Shown in pieces: positions 36,825-48,000 of a stretch of 64,000 bases of DNA (positions are counted from its first letter, which is position 1; every line of letters begins with the position of its first letter). The DNA lies in contig JAYWIR010000040.1 in the NCBI GenBank assembly GCA_036172245.1, positions 930,001 to 994,000 of the forward strand, given 5' to 3'. Origin of the DNA: Raillietiella orientalis (taxonomy: Eukaryota). The translations under genes and the position numbers were made by a program. The notes beneath the pieces were generated by a model, which had not been told where the DNA came from, ran no database searches, and was given only the letters and a program-made list of their open reading frames with translations.

Positions 36825-37401
36825 GCAGGAAACGCAGAGGACGCATCCCGAGATCCGACTCTGCTCCCCGGCTTGTCGAGCGCCCGGCTGCCGGGAGTCC
36901 TGCGTGGACGCTACCTCCCACTTGCCCCCTCCACAATTTCCGAGGCTGCGGAGGCGTCCTCCGCACACGACGGGTATTCTGGACAGCCGGCCCGAGTGAC
37001 CCGACCTCGGCTGTGTCCCGTCTGGTCCCTCCGTCGCCTCCTCACTCACCGAGGCTGTCTCGTCCCTCCAGAAGAGGTAAGCGAGGGAGGGGTCCTTTCT
37101 CTCTCTCCCGAGCCGAGGGGCCCTCTTTCTGAGAGAGTCTGCTGCGGTCGAGTCCAGCAGCACGTCCTCCGTGAGGAGGCCCAGCTTCTCCAGCTGCTCC
37201 CTGATGGCCTCGTGCTTCAGGCTCCACACGGAGACGAACTCCGGGGGCATGTAGAGGATGGACTCCAGATCGGGAAGGCCTCCGGCTCGGCCCAGTGGGA
37301 GCGAGGGATCCTGTTCCCTCAGCCGGCTCTCCTCTTCGTGCGCGGACCTCGACGGGACCTTGAGCATGAAGGCTTCCGAGCGAGCCTCTTCCCAGGTCGC
37401 C
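34900..37401 (-). other. Putative spliced minus-strand gene or pseudogene whose first visible exon is an inverted copy of the giant gene's exon 1
   Basis: Exon-like ORF MLKVPSRS...TEDVLLDSTAADSL...DETAS ends at donor GTGAGT (~37050). A canonical ~68-nt intron GTACGT...CTCAC...TTTCCTCCCCAG lies at ~36526-36459, and its acceptor was duplicated by the retroelement TSD. Downstream frames are unresolved. Confidence 0.4.
35392..36449 (-). mobile_element. 5'-truncated Tx1-like insertion (~1.06 kb) with a 12-15-bp target-site duplication
   Basis: TSD AGGGATGATCTG at 35377-35388 and 36450-36461. 3' terminus ATAAACGTCCCGGTGTGACAAGGTGACAA. zf-RVT FPLQHARRYHW..SPDCGRCEERES..HL and DAIDCAVRFLRI. 3' UTR matches 4900-5100. 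Confidence 0.8.
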
Positions 37402-39010
37402 TCGCCGCTGCCTCCTCCAGGTCATTGGGTGACCTCGCAGAGCCAAGTTTTGGGATGCGGACGAACGATGCTGCTTCCCGGCAACCGCGCACGCGCGCCA
37501 CTTTTCAGGGCGATCCCTCCGCGGGGGCGGAAAGGGGGAGGAGGGGAGGCCTTCGAAGGGAGAAATGAGGTGAAGGACGAACAAGAACTGGCCTACTTCC
37601 CGCGGAAGACCAAAGGTCAGGGAAGGGAATGATGCTTTCCAGGAAACCCCCCTTCTTCTTCCCAAGCATGGCAAGAGGGAAAGGAGGAGGGCTGAGAGAA
37701 CCCAGCGGAACGGGCGCCCCGATTCGCCCCAGAGAGACCACACGTGATCGTCGTGCGGGGTCGAAGGGAGGCAGACGCGTGAGCCCCCCGCGCAAAAGGA
37801 ACCCCATGGGATCCTCCGGGAGAGTGTGGTCGGGAATTTCCCTGGGGGTCGAAGAACCCGGATCAAGGAAGCGGAAAGGAAGCGATGAAAGAGGAGGGAC
37901 GAGCGATGATGCAGCGGCAGAGACTCCCAAGGAGAGAAGGAGAGAAGGGGGGGGTTTGTGGCTCACTTTCCTCCTTCTCTATCCCCATCTCTCCCCTCCT
38001 TCGACCCCTCTCCCCTCCGGAAGCAGCCGACCTCCGTCTGCAGCACCTCGGCCGCGGTCGCCTCCTGCAAGAAAGTGGCACAAAAGACCGGAAGTACGAG
38101 GGGAAGGGAAGCGTAGGGTTTGACCCCTCGCCCCGCAGCGTTCGCGCGGCGGCGCCAGCTCCTCCTGGCGCTCTCACTTCCGAAGCCTCCGGACGGGGAA
38201 AGCGCCGCCGCGAGTGCCTCTCGGGCGCACGCGCTCAGCCGCCGCCTTCCGTCGCCGGGCGCCGCCACTCCCGCGGCTTCGCATTGTTGCTGCCGCCGCG
38301 GGGCGCCAACAATGCGACGCCGCGGCGCTCATTCCAAAGTTCGCGGAGACGGATTGCGGCCCACCTCCAGCTTGACCCCCCAGCAAGGGACTACAGAGAG
38401 TGTGCTTTCTGATTCTTTTGCCTACAGGCGATCTCCCCCGGGTGTATTTAACAGCGGCTGATCACATACCGACCTCGGGCTGAGCTCAAAGCGATCCATT
38501 CGTTCTGACCACCTCCTCCTCTTCCTCGCACCGGTGAAACCCGCGCTTTCTCCGATCTCTGGGAGAGGTCCCGACGGTCCGAAGACCACAGGAAAGCGGC
38601 GAGGGAAAGGACAAAAAGGAAAAGAGGAAGGAAAGGGGACCATGTCTTCCCGGAATGCACCGGCAGGACTGGGTCAGGTCCGCGGGACTTCCAGGTCCCC
38701 GCTGGCGACGTCAATCTCTCGAATACTGAACGACGGCTCCGATGACCCGGAGGAGACACAGGCAACGGCAACCTGGGAAGAGGCTCGCTCGGAAGCCTTC
38801 ATGCTCAAGGTCCCGTCGAGGTCCGCGCACGAAGAGGAGAGCCGGCTGAGGGAACAGGATCCCTCGCTCCCACTGGGCCGAGCCGGAGGCCTTCCCGATC
38901 TGGAGTCCATCCTCTACATGCCCCCGGAGTTCGTCTCCGTGTGGAGCCTGAAGCACGAGGCCATCAGGGAACAGTTGGAGAAGCTGGGCCTCCTCACGGA
39001 GGACGTGCTG
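37158..39010. repeat. Inverted repeat: 37158-37401 vs 38767-39010 (~244 bp, ~3 mismatches), spacer ~1.36 kb
   Basis: Reverse-complement match. Both arms translate to the identical peptide ATWEEARSEAFMLKVPSRSAHEEESRLREQDPSLPLGRAGGLPDLESILYMPPEFVSVWSLKHEAIREQLEKLGLLTEDVL. Confidence 0.95.
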
Positions 39011-42000
39011 GAACGCGACGAGTGAGTGGCGGAAGAACCGCGCGCACCGGCGGCATCCGGGAGTAGCCGTTGACAAGTCTATAGCCTCCCGTCGCAGAGG
39101 AAGTCGCCGTCTTCCGGGCCTTCGCTGGACATCCCTATCACGCGCGAAGAGGGGGAGGGCGGTGGGTGTCGGCGGGGGCGGGGGAACGGGGTAGGAATGC
39201 GGCGCAGGAGGGTAGGAGGAAGGCGGATTCGTGCTCCCTGGAGGAGGAGGGGTGGTTCACCGCATCCTCGCTAGGTGGAGGCGACTCCGCACGCACACTG
39301 CGCTCCCCTCCGGTGTGCTCATCTTCCCCTTCCGTCCTTCAGGAGCGACGTCATCGGGCGGCTCCACGTTGGTCTTCCCTACGTCAACGAGAGCATGCAG
39401 ACAGATATCGATCAGATAGTTGACTTAAAGCATGTGGTCCAAATGATCTCGGACGTGAGGCAGGTGAGTATCTGGGAGGGGGAGATGAGGAAGACGAAAA
39501 GGGGAGGAGGAGATACTCGGGGCTCTTCGTGACGCGCCTTGAACGATTGACGCGACCTGCCGTCGCCAAGTCGTCAGCTGCGCACTCTCCAAGGTTCTCG
39601 AGGACGTGCGCTGCCCAGTCGCCTCCTTCCTTCCTCGCTGCTGCCGGTTCGCCTCCCCCCGGAGCGAAATGGCTGGTCGGGGTGCTGGGGTTCCCCACGT
39701 GGCCGTGTCCGTCCGTTTCTTGTACTCCTGCTGGCAGCGGGCTCCCCGGAAGGGTCTTTCGCGAACCTGTTCTTACGGTTCGGAAGGGCTCGCCAGGCTT
39801 TCAAGGCCTCCGCATGACACCTTCTGGATGCCTTCCCTGACGTCCTTCCGGCAAGAAGCTCGGGCATAGCCGCGCGACCCCTCCCACGGTTGTTTCGTGG
39901 TCTTCAGTTCAGAACAATCCCCTTACCACTCCGGGCTTTTGGCCAGGGAGCGCTGGACGGTGGTGGCAGAGCCCGTTCTTCCCAAGAACGATCCATCCGT
40001 GGGGCCAAAGAGGCGCGTTAGGGTGCCTCGGCCCCTGCATCGCGGCGCCGAGGTCGCTCGGATGGTGGGGACGGAACGTGAAAGAGAAGAGGAGAGAAAG
40101 ATCAGGGTGGCACATGGCGCAGCGGTGGCGTTGCTCGACATGACTGTGTGCCCAAACGGGGCATGGTGGGGGCAGGGGCACCTTCTTTTTTGTTTCTTAT
40201 TGCCTATCTGTAGCTCTTTCGAATCCGCGGTCTCATTGCTCCCACTCGCCACTTCCTGCTCCGTGGTCCTTCCAGGAGGAACGGCGGGGTCTCCGCGTTT
40301 ACCCGGAAGGCCTCGGAGCCCTGAACAAGTGCACGAGAGTTTCTTCCCCTTCCTAAGCTTGTGGGGTCGTCGCAGTGCGGTCCAGTTTTTCCTCGCAAGA
40401 GGAGGCGGGCCGCAGAACTGAGAGAGGCGAGTGCGTCAGAGGGGGTGGGTGGAGGCGCAGCTGCTCCAGGCCTGTACGGATGCTGCAGCATGGGCTGCTG
40501 ATGTATGCCAAGGGGCCACCAGGTGAGAGGCGCTCCCGCGGTGTCGAGGGGGCGCCGGCTGCGGATGAGAAACGGGGTGAGAGGAAGGGTTGCCATGGAG
40601 GAAGCGGGTTGGGAGGTCCGCGCTACTGCCGCTGCTGCAGTGCGCAGCAAGGCCGCGGGGCGAAGTGGTCCCCGGAGTGTCTCTCACGCGCGAGAAGGTG
40701 AGGCAGAAGGAGGGGGCGCTCACGTGCTCTTTCTGGTCCGCAGGAGGTGAAGCAGAAGGCCTCCGAGAACGAGGTGCTGTACAGGGACATGGACAGCAAC
40801 TTCGACGAGGAGCTCCAGCGCGCCGCGCGGCACGTGTGAGTCCCTGGGGTCGGCGCAGGGAGGAACAGACCTCGCCCGGGGGAGTTCGGGTGGGCGGAGC
40901 AGGAAGAGGGAGGGGGAAGGGAGGGAAACCTGTCTTCTCTCCTCGGCCTTCCCTCTCGCCTTGCTCCGAAAAAGACTCGCTCTTCCCTTCCCGTTGCAGC
41001 TACGAGCGCCTGCGATCCCTTCTGAATGACGTCGAGGAGGAGTACAAGAAGAGGGTGGAGGAGGTGCGCAGGAGCTGCAGGCAGCAGTTGGCGGACTGCG
41101 TCGCCAGGCTGGCGGCGATGTACCGGCAGCCGTACGTGCGGCCGGAGAAGAGCGTGAGTTTCCTCTCTTTCCCCCCTCCCCACGCACCCTTCCCTTCTCC
41201 CTTTGATCCCCCGCCCTTTCTTCTCTCCCTGGTTGATCCGCCCAGGGTGCCTCGAGGTGACGGCCTCCTGCGCGCTAGTTCGCGCGCGTGCGGTGGGCTC
41301 AACTCATGTGGTCCTTGGTGGCTGCGAGAGGAGAGAACTCCCAGCCCTTAGAAGGAGAGGAGCGACGCGCCTCTGCTCTTCCTTCAAGGACCGCAAAGTC
41401 GGCCCGAAAGAACGGAGAATTCGCAGGCCCGTACGCTGAGCTCGCCCCGTACTTTCGGGAAAAGAACGGGCCTTGCAACGGTCTCCCTGGAGATTTGAAC
41501 TCCGCTGCCGCCTTTCGTTTTTCCTCTCGCCGGATGGGGGCCTGCTAAGGTCCCTCCCAAGAACGGCGCACGGTCCCCTCTTTCGCTCTCCTTCCTCCTG
41601 TCCTGCGGACAGCGGTTGCCAACGGATCCCGAGGGACTCCGAGGAATGTGGGGACGCGGTCCCGGGTTGCCAAGGAGGTGGCTCTTCCTCCCGTGTCGCG
41701 GGTGCTTTCTCCTCCCCACCGATGCTCGGCGATTCCCACAGGAGACCCCCCTAGAGAATGCCACTTGGTGTCCAAGACCCTGAGGATGCTCCGGGAGACG
41801 GGAAGGAACACGCCCTCTCTCTTCCTTTCTTCCTCCCTATGTGGGTCCCAAAGCTCAGAGAAGAGTCCCTGAAGGGGAAGGGGGGAGGGTTGAGAAAGCA
41901 CGACCATCCCGGTTTCTCCCTCTGCTCCCCAGATGAAGCTGCTCAAGCTGGCGGGACCGGCAGGGGCGGTGCTCCGGCGACGCGGAGCCTACCTGATGCT

Positions 42001-45000
42001 GCAGGAGAAGTTGGACCAGTGCGAGCGCACGGTGGAGGAGCTGCGCGGCCAGCTGGCGGCGCAGCAGGACTACATAGGGACTCTTCTGGAGCAGATGAAG
42101 CACCGGCATCCGGAGATGGCTGCGGTGGTCAGCTCGCATTCGTCCGGGATGCTGGTACGAGGGAGAGGGGATGGAATGGGGGGGAGAGAAGGACCCGATC
42201 CCCCTATGCCCCTCTCTTTTGCAGCTGTCGACGACCCGGTCCTTCGAAGAGATGCCGATCACCGAGCCGTCGGATGCGGGGCTGAAGGAGGAGCCCTCGC
42301 CGCCGCTAGCTGCAGACGGCGCGGAGCTGCAGAGACTCAGTGAGTGGCTGTTACCCTGGGAGACCCTCTGCGGCGGGAGGGGGCTCCGGAAATCGGGAAG
42401 GGAGATGGATGGGAGCGCGCATGACAATGCGGCACCCACCTGGTGCGGAGATGCGCGGGAGGAAGGGAAGGGGCAGGCTGGCAAGGGTGGGGGAGGGGGT
42501 GAAGGAAGACTGGGAGAGTTCAAGGATGTGCAAGTGGGTCAGGAGAGGAGTCGAGGCGGGGCCGATGAGCGATGGGGGTTCGGGCGGCGGGTTGAGGAAC
42601 GCCGCGGTAATGGCGAACGGGGTGGGGGCAAGTGGGGTCGGGGGGAAGGGATGAGAGCATTGACCGCGATCTCGGATGAGCAGCAGCACCGAGCTGCGAG
42701 CGGTGGGGTGGGAGGAGGAGGGGCTGAACAGCGATGGAGCGACGGGGGGGATCCAGGATGGAAAGGGCGGGAGGCTACGGCAGGCGGTAGAGAGTGGGGA
42801 GAGGAACTGGGGCGCGGGGAGGGGTGGTGGCGGTGGCGGAGGAAGTTCCCTGCCTGTACCTGCCCCTGTTTCACTCGTCCACCAGTGAAAGTAGTAGCCA
42901 CCCTCCGCCAAGAGCTGGCCGACTGCATCGCTGACCGCAACGAGCTCCACGTGAAGGTGGGAAACCTGGAGGACTCCCTAGAGGAAGAGAAGTCGAAAGC
43001 GAAGGTACCTCCCTTGCTCCTCTTTCCGTTCCCGCTCCCCTCCCTTCCCCCTCTCCCGCTCACCGGTGGGCTCGCTTGGGGGGGGGGGGGGAAAGGACCC
43101 TCTTACAGCCCCTTCTAGGAAAACTCCCTCCTCCCTCTCCTTTCCTCTTCATGCCGTTCGACGAAGGTGGAGAAAGGCTGGAGAAAGGTGGAGAGGAGGG
43201 GGTAGGAAAGGAGTCTCTCCAGGAGAGGAGGAGGGGAAGAGGAAACGAGCATTTCCGGTCGCCTTCTGAGGATGCAGTAGAGCCAACCCGGGAAAAAGGC
43301 GTCCTGTCTTTCCCCTTTCCTCCTCTCCCAATCGGTGTGCTCCTCACGGAACGCCCGCCCACGCCAGGTCCCAGGAACGGAGTCTTTCGCCCCGTCCCCG
43401 GACTGTCGAGAGGGGAAGGGGGGCTGTGAAGCAGAAAGGAGCTGGAGACGGGCAGGGGGACGGAGGGAGAACGGGAACAGGAGAACGCGCTCCGCTGCAG
43501 GCGCTGCTCATCCATCTGCTAATCTCCACAGGTCAAGGAAGAGGTCCCGGAACCGAGGCTTCGCCGGGCGGAGCTGAAGGGGAAGAAGGCGAAGCCGACC
43601 CCTCCGGAGAGGAAGGAAGTTCTCCGGGAAGAAGCAAGGCCCAAGGAGGTCCCGAAACCTCCACCTCGCGGAGCTGTTCCAGAACAGGTTCCGAGGAAGA
43701 GGAAGAGGATCCTCTCGGATCAGAGCTGGGAGAGAATGGCGATCGAAGACGCGGATCGGAGCAAGGTGGACGACATCCTCAAGGACGCTTGGGAGCAGCT
43801 GTTTGACGGAGGAAGGGAGGAGGAGCGATTTGACGACGCGCTGGCGCCCCGGTCGGACGGCGGGGCTCCTCCCCTAACTGCCGTCGAAGTGGAAAACGCC
43901 TTGTTGAAGTCCCTGGACTCTCTGGACGAGCAGAACGAGATCATGCGGGATATCCTAGCTCGGGTGTTGCACGAGGTGGCGCTGCGCAAAGGGAAAAACC
44001 TGCGGGAGAAGGACAGGCGGATTGCACAGCTGGACAAGGCCATCGCCGACATGAGGAGCAGCTTCGACATGAGGATTAGGAGGGGGGAGGAGTGGAGCCG
44101 GGAGCGAAAGGAGGAAGGGGTGAGAAAGGAGGAAGAGGAGGAGGAGAGGAAAAAGAGGCGAAAGGAGGAGGAGGGAGAGCAAGAAACGGAGAGGAAAACA
44201 GATGAGGAGAGGAAAAAGCGAAAGAAACAGAGGGAAGAGAAGGAAGAGGAAGAAGAAAAGGAGGAGGAAATGGAAATGATGAGGAAGGAGGAGGAGAGGA
44301 GAAAGAGGAGAAAGAAGTTGGAGGAGGAGGAAAAAGAAGAGGAGATGAAGAGAAAGAGGAGGGAGGAAGAGAGGAGAGAGAGACGAAAGAAGGAGGAAGA
44401 GAAAGAGCTGGAGGAGGAGGAGATGGAGAGGAAGAGGAGGAAAGAGGAAAGGAGACGGAGACAGGAGGAGTTGGAGGAGGAAGAGGAGGAGATGGAGAGG
44501 AAGAGGAGAGAGGAGGAGCGGAAAAAGAGGCGGAAGGAGATGGAGGAGGGAGAAGAGGAGGAGGAGAAAAAGGAGGTTGAGGAGAGGAAAAAGAGGCGGA
44601 AGGAGATGGAGGAGGAAGAAGAGGAGGAGGACAAAAAGGAGGAGGAGGAGAGAAAAAGGAAGGTGAGGGAGTGGAAGAAGAGGAGGAAGCAGAGGGAACA
44701 AGAGGAAAAGAAAGAAGAGATGGAACAGGAAGAAGAGCTACATGTTCTGAAGAAGGCGTCGGAGAGGTTCCGGCGTGCGAGCCTTCCACAGGAAGAGATT
44801 GAGAGTGCCCATCACGCAAAACAACTGAGCGACCTGATCTCTGTCCTCTTGGAGGAGGAGCCTCCGACAGCGTCCGAGGTTCTGAGACGCCTCTCTTCCC
44901 TGTTTGAGACGGAAGGACGGGCGTTGGAAGAGGAGGAAAAGGAAGGGAAGCCGGTTCTTCCAAGGGGAGTTTCTGTGGTCATCTCGAAGAGGCTGCGGTC

Positions 45001-48000
45001 CGTCCAGGACACCGTGCAGGAGCTCAAGAACCTGCCTCTCGGCCACGCCGCCTCGAAGATCGCCGCCTCTTCCCTGTCGCAGCAGGCCGACCTGGTGAAG
45101 GAGTTTCTCGCCTTGGGCAGCGAGGTTCAGGGCGAGCAGCTGCTGCAAAAGTTCGCCTTCCTGGCAAACTCTCTGGACGAAATCTGCCGCGAGATGGTCA
45201 GAAAGCTCCGCGGTCAAGTGTTTCTGCCGCAGACAAAAGCACTGGTGGCGGAGGAGGCGGAGGAGAAGGAAGAGGAGGCGCTTCCGTTCTTCAAGTCGGG
45301 GGAGCCGACTGCCACCAAGCTCGTGCGGTTCAAGGGCAAGTCCGTTCCCGTGGCGTCAAGCCAATGGATGCCCCAGGTTCTGTTCATGAACCGCATCAGT
45401 GACCTCCTGGAGAGCGACCGCCCCATCCAGGAGAACGTGGAGGAGATCGGCTCGCTCCTTCGTCTGGCGGAGGATAGGGGCTTAGAGAAGGAGAACACCT
45501 CCCTGATCGAGTGTCTCCGCAGCCTGCAGGCGAACATCCTGGAGATGCCCTCTAGGAGGAGCTCGGAAATCCTGGAAGACCTTCAGCGTCAGCTTCTGAT
45601 TGCCACTGACGAGCTGAGGGACCGGCCGAGCTTATCGGCCATCCGCCTTATCGAGAAGAGCGCGGCGCCGCCCGAGATCATCGCGGATCTGGGCAAGCCC
45701 CCCAAGAGGAAGGACACTGGAGAGCTGGTCCAGGAGGTGGAGCTGGAGAGGTGGAAGGAGGACGCTCTCCGGAACGTGGTCTCCCTTATCGGTCTGGCGA
45801 GCGACGCGAAGGATATTCTGGGACCTTCCGCCCTAGCTCGCGTCCGGGAGCTCGTGCTGGCCCTCGGGGACCCTCTCCGACTCGACAAAAGTTTCGTGAA
45901 GGACGTCAGGAAGGCACTGGACGACGCACTCAGGAAGAGGGATGTCCTCGAGGAGCGGCGAAGAGATGAGGAGGAGGAGGAGGAGGAGAGGAGAAGAACG
46001 AGAGCGGAGGTGGTCCGGCCGCTCCTTCCCTCCATTCCTCCCCCGACCACCCACGAAGGTTTGGAATCCAGCATACGCGAACTCCTCCAACGAGAGCCTC
46101 TCGAAGCGGACGAGGAGATGTTGGTCCGGAAGCTGGAAAAGATCACTAGGCGCGGTGATCTCGCAACCGAAGAGCTTCCTCTGCTTCTGCAGGAGGCAGA
46201 GGAACTCATCTCGAAGGTGTCGCTGCCCTCGGAAGAGCTAGATCGCCTCGAAGGGGCTCTGGAGGGATTCCGGAGGAAGGCGGCTCCGCTCGACAGGAGA
46301 GCCGCCGACCTCGTCGACATCGTCCGGACGCTGGCCGGGAAACCCGTAGTGAGTCGCCAGGACGCGCGTCGCCTCCTGGAATCGGGGACGGCGTTCCTGG
46401 AAGAGGAGCTGAAAGAGGTGCCGCATCCGTCGGATAGCCTGCAAGAAGTCCTGCGTCTTTTGGGCGCTTCCCGAGAGCCAAAGGAAGGAATCAAGGAAGA
46501 AAGAGAGGAGCGCGAGGCCGCCTTGAAACCCAGAGACGCCTGCGAGATGCAGTTCTCTAGGACACTGCGCCTTCTGGAGCAGTCCTGCCTGGCGCTGGAC
46601 GTCCTTCGCACCTCCCTGCGCGACGCAGACGAGCTGCTGGTGGCGCTAGAGTCCGTCATCGCCTCCGCGTCTAGACCGTCCCTGGACCACTGGGAGAGCG
46701 TCGAGGAGTACTCAGTGTGGGCGAGCGAGAGGAGGCTGGCGATTGAGGAGACCAGGGAGACCCTGGAGCGCGCCTCCCGGATGCTGGAGTCCCCTGAGGA
46801 AAGGGAAGAAGTTGCGGTGCTTCTGGGAGAGCTGGCCCGCACCGCACCCACCAGGAGCTCGCTTCTCGACGCTGCGGGGGTCAAGTGGGAGCGCGGGCGA
46901 CGCTCGCTGTTGGAGGCTGAGAGCAGCCTGCAGGACCTGCAGGGCGCTGCCGACTCCCTGAGCACCTCGATCGGGGCCGAGGCGCCCGTTTCCGAGGATA
47001 TCTGCAGCCGCCTCCTGAGGAACTCTGTCTCCTTGGTGGCGCTCTTCGGAGCCAGCGGGGCGGGAACCGAGGCGAACCGCGTCCGCAACACCGCACTCCT
47101 CCTGGAGTCGGAAGACATTCAACCCGAGGACGCCCTAGAGGTGCTCCGCTCAGCGCTGCCGGGGATACGCCGGCGGCTCTCCGCCGAGGATGACGCCCTC
47201 GAAAGGATCGGGAAGGCGCTGCGCGAGGCTCGCGTGGCGCAGCCCTGCCGCAGGGACCATATCCTGGAACTGGCGCGGCTGTCGGGAGAGGTCTCCCAGG
47301 ATCTGCCCTGGGCGCTTTCCGCCCAAGGTCTCCTCGACGTCGACGGAGACGACGACGACGACCAAGGAGGAGCGAGCGAGATCTCCCGGAAGCTTCGCTT
47401 CCTCCTGACCTCGTCCCCATCTCGTCCCCCGCGGGAGAAGCGGGACACCACCCGAGCCCTGCGCTCCTTGAAGAAAACAGTGCGCCTGCAGCGTCACGCG
47501 GCGTGCGCCGTGGAGAAGCTGCGGGAGAAGAGTGAGCTGGAGGCCCAGGAAGAAAGACCGCCTCCTGGAGCGCATTTCCGGGTCCCACTGCACTTGGTGC
47601 GCGCGCTGGGTTTCCTCTCCGTCGACCTGCAAGCGTCTCTGGAAGAGACGCGGCGGCTCGCCGAGTCCTTGGACGAAAGTTCGGATCTCAGGCGCCTGCT
47701 GTTGCTGCAGGCCATCCCCTCCCTCGAATCTTTCGCCTCTCAATGTCGCCTCCCCCTCAGCCGCGCGGACCCGCGATCCACCCCTCCCGTGGAACCTTTG
47801 GATTTTTGCCGCCGGATCTCCAGGGAACCCCCAGGAAAAGGGACGAGAGCCCTCGCCCTGCTGTCTGGCTGCTATCACATGGCGCGCCGCGTGCTGGAGC
47901 TGAGGACGCGCCTGAGGGCCTCCCTCGGGTGGATACGCGCTCCTCCGCCCCAGGAAGAAGGAAGGGAGGAGGCTGAGCAGAACCAGGAAGACGAGGAAGC

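Noticed and set aside
35949..37568. 539-aa plus-strand ORF
   Set aside because: It crosses a retroelement boundary, a duplicated segment and the antisense of the duplicated exon. It is a chance GC-rich ORF.
40395..40697. Extra small exons in intron 2 of the giant gene
   Set aside because: GT/AG sites exist, but exon 39343-39463 joins 40744 in phase and keeps the DUF4709-like pattern contiguous without them.
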